The translations under genes and the position numbers were made by a program. The notes beneath the pieces were generated by a model. It was not told where the DNA came from, ran no database searches, and saw nothing but the letters and a program-made list of their open reading frames with translations. From Octopus vulgaris (lineage: Eukaryota), in the NCBI GenBank assembly GCA_951406725.2, contig OX597840.1:35402001-35466000 (forward strand): DNA of 64,000 nucleotides, read 5' to 3'. Below, in pieces: positions 12,959-25,927 of this stretch. Position 1 is the stretch's first letter. Each line of letters starts with the position of its first letter.

Positions 12959-13945
12959 CTCTGAATGGATAATAACTTTGAACCGATATTGTCAACAACA
13001 TACTATATTCATTGAAGAAAAGCTATTTGTATTTTTGGTTGTTATAATACTTCATCATCGTTTAACGTCCGTTTTCCATGCCAGCATGGGTTGGATGGTT
13101 TGACTGAGGGCTGGCGAACCAGAAGGCTGCACCAGACTCCAATCTGATCTGGATGCCCTTCCTAACTCCAACCACCCCGACTTATTTCTGCCTGACTTCA
13201 TAGAGGTTCCCTTGTGATTTAGTCCCCAGCTATCACAAATCCACCAGACCAATGACCAAAGGCATAGTGCAGCTAGGACTACATTATCCAATGTTCCAAT
13301 GTTTTTCAGAGAGGAGGGTGTGATTTAGCTGCTATTTACAGCATATTGAATGACCACATAGATGGTCCCTTGTTTAGCCCCCAGGCCATTCTTCATCCAT
13401 CAGACCTATGATCAAAGACGTTTCACTCTTGACCATCCCATCTTGTATTCAGACATATATATATCACAGATGACATTGTTTAATGTCCCTCCCCTTAGGG
13501 ATGTGATTCGGCTGTTATTACTAGCGTATCAAGTTGGTGTTTGTGGCTATAGTTGTTGTTTAGCACCGGGTCAGCCCTGATCCAGCAGATCTATAATTGG
13601 AGGGGTTCCAACCATGACCTAAACCAATGGTTGTAGTGATGATAATGATGATGATGATGATAGTAGTGGGGGATAATTTTGCTGATGTAGATGATGATGA
13701 TGATGATGATAATAATGACGATAACGATGATGGTGATGATGATGGTGATAATGACGATGATGATGTGATGATAATGATGGTGATGATGATGATAACGATG
13801 ATGGTGATGATGATGACGATGATGATAACGATGATGGTGATGATGACGAAAGGTGGTGATGGTGATGATGATGATGACGAATGGTGGTGATGGTGATGAT
13901 GACGATGATGATGATGATGATTACTATGATGGTGATGATGACGAG

Positions 13946-13998
<53 letters not shown>

Positions 13999-14501
13999 TC
14001 AAGGATAACAAAAATAAGACAAATTAAGACAACATTAAAAAGCAGAAAATATGAAAAATAAATTTATTTGTTGAGATTGAATAGTAGCGGGAGGAAGGGG
14101 GGAAAGAGAGAGAGAGAGGGAGTGGGAGAAATAGAGAGAGTGAGAGGGAGGGAGGAGGCAGGGAAGTGAGGCTGAGAAAGAGAGAGAGAGACAAAAAGGG
14201 AAACAGAGAGAAGCCTGCAAACACATGACACATTCACGCGACACGTGGACCTCTCCCCACATGGTGTGTGTTCTGCCGAGGTTGACTTGGCCTTTCAAAG
14301 CCAATGAAATAAATACCAGCTGAGTACTGGGGGTCGATGTGATCGACTTACACCCACCGCCACCTCCCACAAAATTTCAGGCCTGGTACCTAAATCTGAA
14401 ACCGTTACCATTTTTGCAGTAGGGGTCAATTTAATCAATTGGCCCCCTCCCCAACAATTTCAGGCCGTGTGCCTTTAGTAGGAAGGATTATTATTATTAT
14501 T

Positions 14502-14719
14502 ACTCTCTTTTACTTGTTTCAGCCATTTGACTGCGGCCATGCTGGAGCACCGCCTTTAATCGAGCAACTTGACCCCGGGACTTATTCTTTTTGTAAGCCC
14601 AGTACTTATTCTATCGGTCTCTTTTGCCGAACCGCTAAGTGACAGGGACATAAACACACCAGCATCGGTTGTCAAGCAATGCTAGGGGGACAAACACAGA
14701 CACACAAACATACACACAC

Positions 14720-14750
<31 letters not shown>

Positions 14751-14922
14751 CATATATACGATGGTCTTCTTTCAGTTTCCGTCTACCAAATCCACTCACA
14801 AGGCTTTGGTCGGCCCGAGGCTATAGCAGAAGACACTCGCCCAAGATGTCACGCAGTGGGACTGAACCCGGAACCATGTGGTTGGTAATCAAGCTACTTA
14901 CCACACAGCCACTCCTGCGCCT
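14502..14922 (-). mobile_element. CORE-like SINE (same family)
   Basis: Full-length reverse copy. Confidence 0.85.
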
Positions 14923-15554
14923 ATTATTATTATTATTATGTGATTGTAATTGATATTTCGGCAGCAAGCTTTGAAATATCGTATCCCCACTGGCCTAGGC
15001 CATGGGCTATGGTCTCACTTGATTTGTCGGGTCTTCAAAAGCACAGCATATCTCCAAAGGTCTCGGTCACTAGTCATTGCCTCGGTAAGGCCCAATGTTC
15101 AAAGGTCATGCTTCACCACCTCATCCCAGGTCTTCCTGGGATGAGGTAAACACAGATATTTACACACACACACGCACACATTCCTGTATTGATGTCAGTC
15201 ATTGGACAACAACCATCCAACCATGCAGTGTAATGCAGTGAACCATACCAATCCGAACACTTATTCTGAATTTTGGCTTTATAGATCTCCATTTGACAAG
15301 ATGCTAAGTCACAAGAGAGAAACAAAAACATTGTTTTTTTATCCCCTTTTTTTTTCCCCCAAGCAGTGTCAACATGAAACCACACACAAATACAAACTCA
15401 AGCACACCAGGCTTCCATACAGTTTCTGCATAAGGCATTGGTCAGCCTGGAGTTACATACAGTTGACGACCACCAACCCAAGATGCCACGCAACAGAACC
15501 AAACCGAAAAAATCCTAAGATTGCAAAACAAAGTTTTCAACCACATAACCATGT

Positions 15555-15617
15555 GTGTATATACATACACATCACATATATATATACATACATACAAATA
15601 TATATATATATATACAT

Positions 15618-15684
<67 letters not shown>

Positions 15685-16105
15685 CACATATATATATATA
15701 TATATATACACATACACACATATACATATATATATATATATATACATATATACATATATATATACATATATACATATCTATATACATATATATATATATA
15801 CATACATATACATATATATACATATCTATATACATATATATACATATACATACATATACATATATATGTATATACACACACATATATATATACATATCTA
15901 TATACACATATATATACATACATATATATATATATATTCACACACATATATATATATATACATACATAAATTCATATATATATATACATACACATATATA
16001 CATACATACAAATATACATACAAATATATATATATATATATACATACACACACACGCACACATATATATATATATGTATGTATGTATACACACACACACA
16101 CACAC
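15555..16105. repeat. Compound (TA)n/(CA)n microsatellite
   Basis: Seen directly. Similar tracts at 32050-32760, 34990-35320, 38030-38225, 42810-43385 (CATA), 45800-46395, 48915-49140, 50990-51590 and 52350-52850. Confidence 0.95.
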
Positions 16106-17090
16106 ATTTTTTTGTTTTTAATAATGTCTATAATTTTTTAGTTTTCACTTGTTTCAGCTGGGGCACTGCCTCGAAAAGATTCAATTGCACAAATCAAGCC
16201 TTGTATCTAATTTCTAAGTTTGATGTTTCTTTTATCAGTTTCTTTTGCTGAACTGCTAGAACATGGGGACGTAAACAAACCAACATCAGTTGGCAAGCAG
16301 AAGTTGGAGGGGCATGCACAAGCACAAAGACACACACACACACACACACACATATGTATGTATATGATGGGCTTCCACATAGTTTCCATCTCACAAGAAA
16401 GAACTCACAAGGCAGAAGACACTCGCTCAGGGTGAAGCATGGTGGGAATGTGTGTGTGTGTGTATATATAGATATGTACATACACACACACACACATGCA
16501 TATATCCTCCTCATCATCATCATCATTTAATGTCCGCTTTCCATGCTAGCATGGGTTGGACGATTTGACTGAGGTCTGGCGAGCCAGACTCCAATCTGAT
16601 CTGGCAGAATTTCTACAGCTGGATGATATATAAGCACCAACCAATCGTGGCCGTTGCCAGCCTCGCCTGGACCCGTGCCGGTGGCACATAAGAAGCATCC
16701 ACTACACTCATGGAGTGGTTGGTGTTAGGAAGGGCATCCAGCCGTAGAAACATTGCCAGATCAGACTGGAGCCTGGTGCAGCCATCTGGCTTCCCAGACC
16801 CTGATTGAACCATCCAACCCATGCTAGCATGGAAAACGGATGTTAAACGATGATGGTGATGATGATATATATACTACATACATACATATATATTTGTGAG
16901 GATATGTATATGAGTACATGTGTGTCTGTATGTGTATGTGCACATACATACATACATACATATATATATAAATAAATATATGTATATCATGCATAGATCA
17001 TAAATAGAGAGAGAGAGAGAAGAGGGGACGAGAATAAAGAAGAAAAGAAGGTGGCACGCTGAAAGAGAGGGAAAGAGAGAGAGAGAGTTG

Positions 17091-17186
17091 TTAGAGTGAG
17101 TCTGGACATAGGGTGGGGAACCAGTAGTGGCGTTCATCCTTTGCTTGGTCATCAACCCAGGCCAAGCCTTCTTTCACCATGTACTC
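17091..17186 (-). CDS. SNF8: SNF8 coding exon 8 (EYMVKEGLAWVDDQAKDERHYWFPTLCPDSL*)
   Basis: Acceptor ttttacag|GAG; EGLAWVD and YWFP motifs; TAA stop at 17093-17091. Confidence 0.96.
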   Translation of the reverse strand, partial: EYMVKEGLAWVDDQAKDERHYWFPTLCPDSL

Positions 17187-17304
17187 CTGTAAAAGAGAAA
17201 AAAGAAAAGACACATGTATAGATATATACACACACATGTACACACATATTATATGCTTACGTACACAACTGACCCCAAAAACAAGCAAACCAGATCAGTT
17301 TTGA

Positions 17305-17843
17305 AACAATTGTTGGAGAAGACTTTTACGGATTCCATGGACAGCGAGGCTCACCAATGGAGAAGTTCTTAAGCAGATCAGGCTGAAAATATCGCTAGAA
17401 GCTAGGATTACCAAGCGTAGATTGGCATATTTTGGTCATATTATGCGGAGAAAATCCCTGGAGAGGGACATCATGCTCGGAATGGTCAGTGGCAAGAGAG
17501 GAAGAGGCCGACCAAGAACCCGCTGGCTTGACACCTTCAAGAGTGATACCAGAATGGACATAGCCAATCTGAAAGAAGCGGCCCAGGATAGAACTGACTG
17601 GAGGACACTGATCCAACGAGTGACCAAGAGTTGACTTCGACTGAGCGGATAGATATATATATATATATGGAATGGTCAGTGGCAAGAGAGGAAGAGGCCG
17701 ACCAAGAACCCGCTGGCTTGACACCATCAAGAGTGATACCGGAATGGACATAGCCAATCTGAAAGAAGCGGCCCAGGATAGAACTGACTGGAGGACACTG
17801 ATCCAACGAGTGACCGAGAGTCGACTTCGACTGAGCGGATAGA
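17305..17843 (+). mobile_element. RTE LINE 3' fragment with internally duplicated end, in SNF8 intron 7
   Basis: Same peptide as 2634-2990; 17479-17651 is repeated at 17668-17842 after (TA)n. Confidence 0.9.
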
Positions 17844-18710
17844 GAGAGAAGCATTCTTTTGACAAACTATCACACACTTATTGCAGGGGTCCTTCAGTTT
17901 TTCTAAGCCCTGTAAAAGAACTCAGAAGAGGCCTTTCGTGATACCCTTAAAGCCAGGAACTTTTCAGCACACCCTTGTACATAAAAGGAGCACTCCGTTG
18001 GTCATGATGACATGGGTCCCAGTTAATCTGATCAACAGAACAGCCTGCTCATGAAATTAACGAGCAAGTGGCTGAGTATTCCACAGACACGTATACCTTT
18101 AACGTAGTTCTCAGGGAGATTCAGTGTGACACAAAGTGTAACGAGGCTGGCCTCCTTTGAAATACAGGTACTACTCATTTTTGCCAGCTGAGTGGACTGG
18201 GACAACATGAAGTAAAGTGTCTTGCTCAAGGACACAACGCGTCACCAGGAATTGAACTCACAACCTTACAATCATGAACCGAATGCCTCTAACCACCATG
18301 AGATGACAAAAATATAAATGATTACCTCATGACTTTCATTAGCTAACAGTTGTTTCTGCTGCAGGACACATAGTTGAGTGCCTGAGTAATGCCTTACAGC
18401 TTCATCAGAGCCTCAAACATAAAGTGCGATTTATTTGGCAAAACAAATATATTTAAGCATAAATACAGAAAGGTATTACATAATTCCAGAGAACTCTTTG
18501 AAACCAGACTGAATCACAGGTTGATACCACACTTAGCCAAAAACAGGCCCTTAATGGGTTCGTTGGTGAAAAGAAGCTTCTTAGCAAATCTTTTAGGGGC
18601 AAAAACCAACAGCTTTCAACCATTTCGTAATGGTTCTTCTGCAGCGTTGATTGTCAGAAAGAGTAGCAGAAAAGGAGGGGGGGTAATGGGGAATAGGGTG
18701 AGGTACTTAC

Positions 18711-18785
18711 CAAAGATTTAATGGCCCTTTCTTTCTCCCAGTTAAGTGTTCCTGATATCAAACTGATTGTTACGAAGCCATTTTT
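18711..18785 (-). CDS. SNF8: SNF8 coding exon 7 (KNGFVTISLISGTLNWEKERAIKSL)
   Basis: Acceptor tttcag|AAA, donor TTG|gtaagt; 75 nt. Confidence 0.94.
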
Positions 18786-19588
18786 CTGAAACAAGAAGAC
18801 GCAAAGGGTGAGTGTAGTTGAGGGGTGAGGTGTGAGGGTGGATGCGACAGAGAGAGATAGAGAAAAGGAGAGACAGGTAGAGAGAGTGAGAGAGCGAAAC
18901 AGTGAGAAACAGAAGCAAATGGACATACAGACAGAATGAGAGAGAGAGAGAGAGAGGCTGCAAATTTTTTTAGACCCATCATATCAAGTAAAATCGCAGT
19001 GGTGGCAGATACCAGCTTCACGCAAATGGCACTTGTGCCAGTGGCATGTAAAAGGCACCCATTACACTCAGAGTGGTTGGCATGTTAGGAAGGGCATCCA
19101 GCCGTAGAAACTGCCAAAACAGAGTGGAGTGTCAGCTTGCGAGCCTTGGTCAAACTGTCCAACCCATGCCAGCATGGACAAGGGATGTTAAATGATTATA
19201 TATATATATATATATATATATATCATCATCATCATCATCATCGTTTAACGTCCGCTTTCCATGCTAGCATGGGTTGGACGGTTCAACTGGGGTCTGGGAA
19301 GCCCGAAGGCTGCACCAGGCCAGTCAGATGTGGCAGTGTTTCTACAGCTGGATGCCCTTCCTAACGCCAACCACTCCGAGAGTGTAGTGGGTGATTTTAT
19401 GTGCCACCGACACAGGTGCCAGATATATATATATATAAATAGATGAGTGCATTTTTCCCTTGTTAAGGCTACTTCTAACGTTATATCTTCTAACGTTTTT
19501 TTCAAACAAAATCAATAGCGTTCAGTAAATCACTATAAACATCCATCATTTTCTGTTAAAATGTCTTATTGACTTGTTTCATTTCTTC

Positions 19589-19675
19589 ACTTTTCTGAAG
19601 AGAAGATTGCATTGTTTTATACCATTTATTCTTTTGAATAATATCAGTAAAATCTTTGAAACATGTGTCGAAAGT
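19589..19675 (+). ncRNA. Hammerhead ribozyme with long helix II loop, antisense in SNF8 intron 6
   Basis: ACTTTT-CTGAAGA-GAAGATT(...42 nt...)AATCTTT-GAAA-CATGTG-TC-GAAAGT; GUC site. Confidence 0.7.
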
Positions 19676-19708
19676 AAAAGTATTTGATTTATACCTGCGT
19701 TAAACTCC

Positions 19709-19751
<43 letters not shown>

Positions 19752-19948
19752 AACACGGTACAAGATATATTAAAAATTATATTAAAACTATGTAAAGTGT
19801 GTGTATTTGCCTTCTTTAATTTCTTATATACATACGCACACACATAGAAGAGTGTTGTAGTTTGTTTGAAGCATTGTAGCACAGAAGTAAAAAAATAAGT
19901 GAGATGAGAAATGAGGCAAGCTTCTAACAAAGCACAAAGTTTAAATAA

Positions 19949-19986
19949 CCTTAATATTTCGAGTGCAAAGGCCCATCTTCAGAAGG
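19949..19986 (-). ncRNA. Degenerate minimal hammerhead motif (SNF8 sense strand)
   Basis: CCTT-CTGAAGA-T-GGGCCTTTGCACTC-GAAA-TA-TT-AAGG; helix II imperfect. Confidence 0.5.
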
Positions 19987-20446
19987 ATACAGTCAAAGGA
20001 AAATGTGTCTACGTAGATCCTGCCATGTCTATACATGATAGGCTTCTTTCAGTTTCCATCTAGCAAATTCATTCACAAGGCTTTAGTCAGCCTGTGGCCA
20101 TAGTAGAAGATACTTGCCCAAGCTGCCACGCAGTGGGACTGAAACCAGGACCACGTAGTTGGAAAGCATACCTTTTACCACACTGCCATTCCTATGCATG
20201 AAGGGCTTCTTTCAGTTTCCATCTGCCAAATTCATTCAAAAGGTTTTGGTAAGTTTAGGGGCGAAAGTAGAAGACACTTGTCCAAGGTGCCACGCAGTAG
20301 GACTGAATCTGGAACCATGAGGTTGGAAGCAAGCATCTTACCGCTGAGCCACACCAAATCCAATCTAGTCCAAAACATTTCTTACCTGTCATTTCACTAA
20401 TGAGAACAACCAAAAGAATTTTGGGGTCCCCAGTCCTGTTTCTTAC

Positions 20447-20588
20447 CTGTGCTAGTTGCAACACTGTGGTATGGTCCATAGTCAATTCTCCAGGCACGGA
20501 TTGCACTAAATAGGTTTTGCCAATGGGAAGAATGGTGAAACCATTGCCAAGGGTCTTCAGTTTTTTGATTGCACAAAGGAGGTCGTCT
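20447..20588 (-). CDS. SNF8: SNF8 coding exon 6 (DDLLCAIKKLKTLGNGFTILPIGKTYLVQSVPGELTMDHTTVLQLAQ)
   Basis: Acceptor cttcag|A, donor CAG|gtaag; 142 nt. Confidence 0.97.
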
Positions 20589-21826
20589 CTGAAGGAAAAG
20601 AAAAGAGACAGAGATGAAGGAAAAGAGTAGGAGACTGTGGCCAAGCTGGGGCACCACCTTGAAGGGTTTTAGTGGAACAAATTGACTCCGGTACTTTATT
20701 TTTTTTTTTTAAAGTCTAGCACCTATTCTATCAGTTGTCTTTTGCTGAACCACTAGGTTATGAGAACATAAACAAACCAACACCAGTTGTCAAGGAGTGG
20801 TGGGGGAGGCACACAAAAACATACATATACATGTGTGTATGAGATCTATCTGTCTGTCTGTCTATCTCTCTATCTATCCATGTCTGTCTGTCTGGCTATC
20901 TATCTGTCTGTCCGTCCATTCATCCATCCATCTGTCTGTCTGTCTATCTCTCTCTCTCTCAGTCTATCTATCTGTCTGTCTGTCTATCTGTCTATCTATC
21001 TATCTATCTATCTATCTGTGTGTCTGTCTATCTATCTGTCTGTCTGTTTGTCTATCTATCTGTCTATCTATTAATCTATCTATCTGTCTGTTTGTCTGTC
21101 TGTCTATCTATCTCTCAGTCTGTCTGTCTGTCTCTCTATTTGTCCGTCCGTCCATCAATCCATTCATCTATCTACCTGTCTGTCTGTCTATAATGGAACT
21201 GAACCTGAAACCATGTGGTCGAGAAGCTAACTTCTCACCACCCAACCACACATGTGCCAATGGTTTAAAGGTTTAAAGCCACAACCTGAAGGAGTCTATG
21301 GCAAATTTCCTTTACCATTGCTCCAAGGCAGAGGAAGACTGCCTCAAAATATATCTACCAAACAAACGTTGTCAGTTGATCTCCATAGCACGCCGGGTAT
21401 TTTGTCTGCCGCTACGTTCTGAGTTCAAATTCCGCCGAGGTTGACTTTGCCTTTCATCCTTTCGGGGTCGATAAATTAAGTACCAGTTACGCATTGGGGT
21501 CGATGCAATCGACTTAATACCTATGTCTATCCTTGTTTGTCCCCTCTGTGTTTAGTCCCTTGTGGGTAGTAAAGAAATAGGTAATCTCCATGGTAAACTC
21601 AGCTAATACCTGAATATACATCCCACATGTGATGAAAGTTGTTTTACATATAAGACCAGAAATCAACAATGCATGGACCCTGAAAGAGTGCATGATGGCC
21701 GGTTACCCCACACTCGTCTTGCATGTCAATTGGACAGGTTCGGATGCCAGGGGCTCCAGTATGGCCATGACTATCGAAAGGTAGAAAAGGAGAGAAGGGA
21801 AAGGAATTAGATGAAAGACAACTCAC

Positions 21827-21899
21827 AGACTAATTTCTTGTGTGTTTTTGCCCCTTGATGCTTCAAGTTTGTCTTTCAGTTCTTCCAGACCAATAAGAC
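21827..21899 (-). CDS. SNF8: SNF8 coding exon 5 (GLIGLEELKDKLEASRGKNTQEIS)
   Basis: Not in the ORF track; found by reading the minus strand: tttcag|GTCTTATT...AGTCT|gtgagt. Its 73 nt restore the frame between exons 4 and 6. Confidence 0.93.
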
Positions 21900-22044
21900 C
21901 TGAAATAAAGAATTATCTGTTATTAATATTCGAAGGTGCATGATTAGAGCACCAGGCTCACAATCATGAGGTAAAAAAATGTTTCGAGCACTGGCTCTTC
22001 ATCGCATGCTGCAAGTTCACATATATATATATATATATATACAT

Positions 22045-22650
22045 CATCATCATCATTTAACGTCCGTTTTCCATGCTAGCATTGGGTTGGACGGTTCGAC
22101 CAGGGTCTGGGAAGCCAGGAGGCTGCACCAGACTCCAGTCTGATCTGGCAGAGTTTCTACAGCTGGATGCCCTTCCTAACGCCAACCACTCCGTGAGTGT
22201 TGTGGGTGCTGTTTACGTGCCAAGCGAGGCTGGCAACGGCCACGATCAGGTGGTGCTTTTTACGTGCCAACAGCACAGAAGCCAATTAAGGCAGCACTTT
22301 TAACGTGCCACCGGCATAGGTACCACAACTACAATTTCCATTTGATTTTTTGATGTTGGTGTACTTGACTCAATAGGTCTCCTCAAGCACAGGGTCGAAA
22401 CGATGTTTCTTTACTTGCCACTTGGCCAGGAGTCAGTCCAGTGGTAACAACCTCGCTTAAATGTTTTGTTCACGTGCCACCGGCACAAGTGCCAGTAAGG
22501 CGACGCTGGTAACGATCATGCTCAAATGGTGCTTTTTATGTGCCACCGGCACAGAAGCCAGACAGCTGCTCTGGCAGAGGTCCTGCTCAGATGGAGCTGT
22601 TAGCACTCCACTGGCATGGGTGCCAGTCATCGAATTTGGTTCAATTTCGA
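22045..22650 (-). mobile_element. Meta-domain-like SINE with (GAT)n tail
   Basis: GTTGGCGTTAGGAAGGGCATCCAGCTGTAGAAAC domain and CATGGAAAACGGACGTTAAA(TGA)n tail. Other copies at 676-860, 13053-13178, 16512-16865, 19030-19420 and 26655-26878. Confidence 0.7.
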
Positions 22651-22706
22651 TTTTGTGAGGTAAAAAAATGTTTTGAGCACAGGCTCTTCATCACATGCTG
22701 CAAGTT

Positions 22707-22790
<84 letters not shown>

Positions 22791-22953
22791 CACATATACA
22801 CAAAGTATATATTTACGCATACATATATACAAGTATAAACGAAACTTGTCACAGATGTAGCATCCAGCAGGAAATTCTTCTGTCTTGTCTGAAATGAAAC
22901 ACAAACAGTTCCGGACAAACACTGACCAAAGACAAACACTAACGCCAACTTAC

Positions 22954-23058
22954 CTCCGTTACGATGACTAGTAGCCATGCACACCTCCACAATCTTCACA
23001 GCTAATTCGTAATAGAAATCTCCAACACCCAACATTTCCGACCAGAATCCTTTACTTG
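22954..23058 (-). CDS. SNF8: SNF8 coding exon 4 (SSKGFWSEMLGVGDFYYELAVKIVEVCMATSHRNG)
   Basis: Acceptor ctccag|CA, donor G|gtaagt; 105 nt; GFWSEMLGVGDFYYEL motif. Confidence 0.97.
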
Positions 23059-23136
23059 CTGGAGTTGGAATGGAATTTCAGCAGCATGAAAATTGGTAAA
23101 AGAAGGAGAAAAGGGACATTAGCAGAGGAATGCAGT

Positions 23137-23175
<39 letters not shown>

Positions 23176-23761
23176 GATAAACGTTGCCCTTTTCAAGTCT
23201 AGCCAGGCTCATGGGCCCAGTTTCCCGGTTTCTGTGGCGTATGTGTTCCCCCCAGCTGGACGAGACGCCAGTCCATCGCAGTGTTACTCAAGAAACAGGA
23301 AGAGAGAGTGAGGGAAAGTTGGGGTGAAAGAGTACAATAGGTGTCACCCCCCCCCCTACAGGAGCCTCATGGAGCTTTTAGGTGTTTTCGCTCAATAAAC
23401 ACACACAACGCCGGGTCTGGGAATCGAAACTGCGATCCTCCAACTGTGAGTCCGCTGCCCTAACCACTGGGCCAATGCGCCTCCACATATATATATATTA
23501 TCATCATTATTGCTTAATGTCTGCTTTCTATGCTGGCATGGGTTGGACGGTTTGTATATTAGTGAGAAAGTATGGTTGGTGATTACACATGGTTGAATAT
23601 ACAAGGAAAGAAAAAAGATGAAAAAACACAGATTTTATTAGAAGAAAAAATTCTTACTTTGAATAATATTGTATAATACTTTTGTCATGACGATTTAAAT
23701 ATATTCTTTAGACTTGCAAAACAAATCTTTTGCACTTTTTCATCTATTTCTTACTTTGTAT

Positions 23762-23800
<39 letters not shown>

Positions 23801-24234
23801 ATATATTAATAAATAAAACATATGCATATATATATACATATATGTACGTACCTACCTCTACATGTATATATACATGCATATATGAGTACAGGACACCAAA
23901 AAACCGTGGAACACAATGAGAAACGAAAACATAGACACAAACCAAAGGAACTGGACATTTTTCTTAAACAGCAAAAAAATAGAGTACAGGACAAATAACA
24001 CAAGGAAAAAACCCCTTCTTCAGTCGCTAAAGGTTTCATCTACTCTACGTTTATATATATATATGTATATATATATATATCATATCAAAGGGAAATGGAA
24101 TTTAATTAAAATTAAAAACATTCAATCATAATTTACATTTTCAGTGGACTAAGGTGTAAAAAAATTTTAGTCAAAAAGACTATATATTAGTCATACGATA
24201 TAGTGTATATTTAAACACAGAGAATCCATTTATA

Positions 24235-25270
24235 GGATTCTCAGATGTGCAGATAAGTCACGGTTCAGCTAAGTCCATTATTACTGGAGATTTAGGTATG
24301 AGACGTGTGTCTGCCAAGTTTGTGCCCCAAACTGCTTTCAGCTGACCAAGAAGGACACTTGGGTTGCACAAGACCTCCTTGTTTACTCTTTTCTCTTTTA
24401 CTCTTTTACTTGTTTCAGTCATTTTGACTGCGGCCATGCTGGAGCACCGCCTTTAGTCAAGCAAATCGACCCTGGGACTTATTCTTTTGTAAGCCTAGTA
24501 CTTATTCTGTCCGTCTCTTTTGCCGAACCGCTAAGTGACAGGGACATAAACACACCAGCATCGGTTGTCAAGCAATGCTATGGGGACAAACATAGACACA
24601 CAAACACACACACACATATATATATATATATACAAATATACAACGGGCTTCTTTCAGTTTCCATCTACCAAATCCACTCACAAGGCTTTGGTCGACCCGA
24701 GGCTATAGTAGAAGACACTTGCCCAAGGTGCCACACGGTGGGATTGAACCCGGAACCATGTGGTTGGTAAGCAAGCTACTTACCACACAGCTACTCCTGT
24801 GCCTATATATATATACATATATATATATACGACAGGCATCTTTCAGTTTCCGTCTACCAAATCCACTCACAAGGCTTTGGTCGGCCTGAGGCTATAGTAG
24901 AAGACACTTGCCCAAGATGCCACGCAGTGGGATTGAACCCGGAACCATGTGGTTGGTAAGCAAGCTACTTACCACACAGCCACTCCTAAGACTGATGAAA
25001 ACTTTTTGAAAACTTTGTGTAGGCCTCTGAGCAGGTATCGCCAAGCTTTTGACAAAATTTGACGCAGATCCTCTGCCATGGTCAATGCGACAATCTCATG
25101 CTACACACCTTCCTTCCAAGCACTGCTGTGAACAGCGGAAGTAAACTAGGACATTAAAACTTAGTGACCATGCACAGCAGAGTTCAAGGTCAGGCTGTGT
25201 CAAGTGGCTTCATTCTGCATGCTTCAGCTTTGTAACTATGGCAACAGTCCGGATACTTATTGGTCAGACC
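24235..25270 (+). mobile_element. mariner remnant split by SINEs
   Basis: SIITGDLGMRRVSAKFVP.LLSADQ (WVP-type linker) at ~24270-24350; TIR-like CCGGATACTTATTGGTCAGACC end. Confidence 0.6.
24383..24987 (-). mobile_element. CORE-like SINE with duplicated head, inserted into a mariner remnant
   Basis: Full copy 24383-24803 plus a second head 24826-24987. Confidence 0.8.
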
Positions 25271-25333
25271 ACATACATACAAACAGCAACAACATTAAAA
25301 GCCAGAGCAGGGATGTCTTCCGCTGTAACTTAC

Positions 25334-25472
25334 ATGCTAAGGGATCAACACCGATCGAGGCACACATCTTTTGAAACTGGACACGGAATTCTGGATCTTT
25401 CTTAATTTGGTCTTTATGGTTGCTGGCAAACTCTTCTAAATTCACTTTGAACGTATCCATGTATTTGGCCAT
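25334..25472 (-). CDS. SNF8: SNF8 coding exon 3 (MAKYMDTFKVNLEEFASNHKDQIKKDPEFRVQFQKMCASIGVDPLA)
   Basis: Acceptor ccacag|ATG, donor T|gtaagt; 139 nt; conserved FQxMCAxIGVDPLA motif. Confidence 0.97.
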
Positions 25473-25678
25473 CTGTGGAAGAAAAGAGAGGAGGAGAGCA
25501 AAAGTAAGAAGGCTGCTACTGTTATTAGTGGTGGTGGTGGCGATGATGGTGGTGGTGGTTGTGGTAATAATTAAAAACTTGAGCTATCTTAACTAAATCT
25601 TTCCAAATTGTTGATTATTTTCAAAATTAATTCTAAACAACCGAGAATATATATTTCATTAGAAATACACTGAGTTAA

Positions 25679-25899
25679 CCCTTTCGATACGAACCTGGCT
25701 GAAACCACCTCTGGCTCTGAGTACAAATGTTTTGTTTTCATAAGTTCTGAATTAAAATCTTCCACCAAACCTTAGTCACAAGTTATGTTCCTAACACTAG
25801 CTGAATGATAACCAAGTTATTTCACTAAATTCTTTGTTATATTTAAAATGAATTGAAAGAAACACAGAGCATCTCAACAGAAATATGGTGACAAAAGGG
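25679..25899. mobile_element. piggyBac-type MITE
   Basis: TTAA-CCCTTT...AAAGGG-TTAA. Confidence 0.75.
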
Positions 25900-25927
25900 T
25901 TAAAATATATAATAGAGAAACAATTCT

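Noticed and set aside
13555-13620. Old repeat with CCCTGATC resembling a decayed hammerhead
   Set aside because: No GAAA/NUH arrangement is recoverable; similarity is limited to a short TAGCNCCNGG motif.
15202-16141. Long YI/HT/CV-repeat ORFs (also at 32 kb, 35 kb, 43 kb, 46 kb, 51-52 kb)
   Set aside because: Translations of dinucleotide and tetranucleotide microsatellites.
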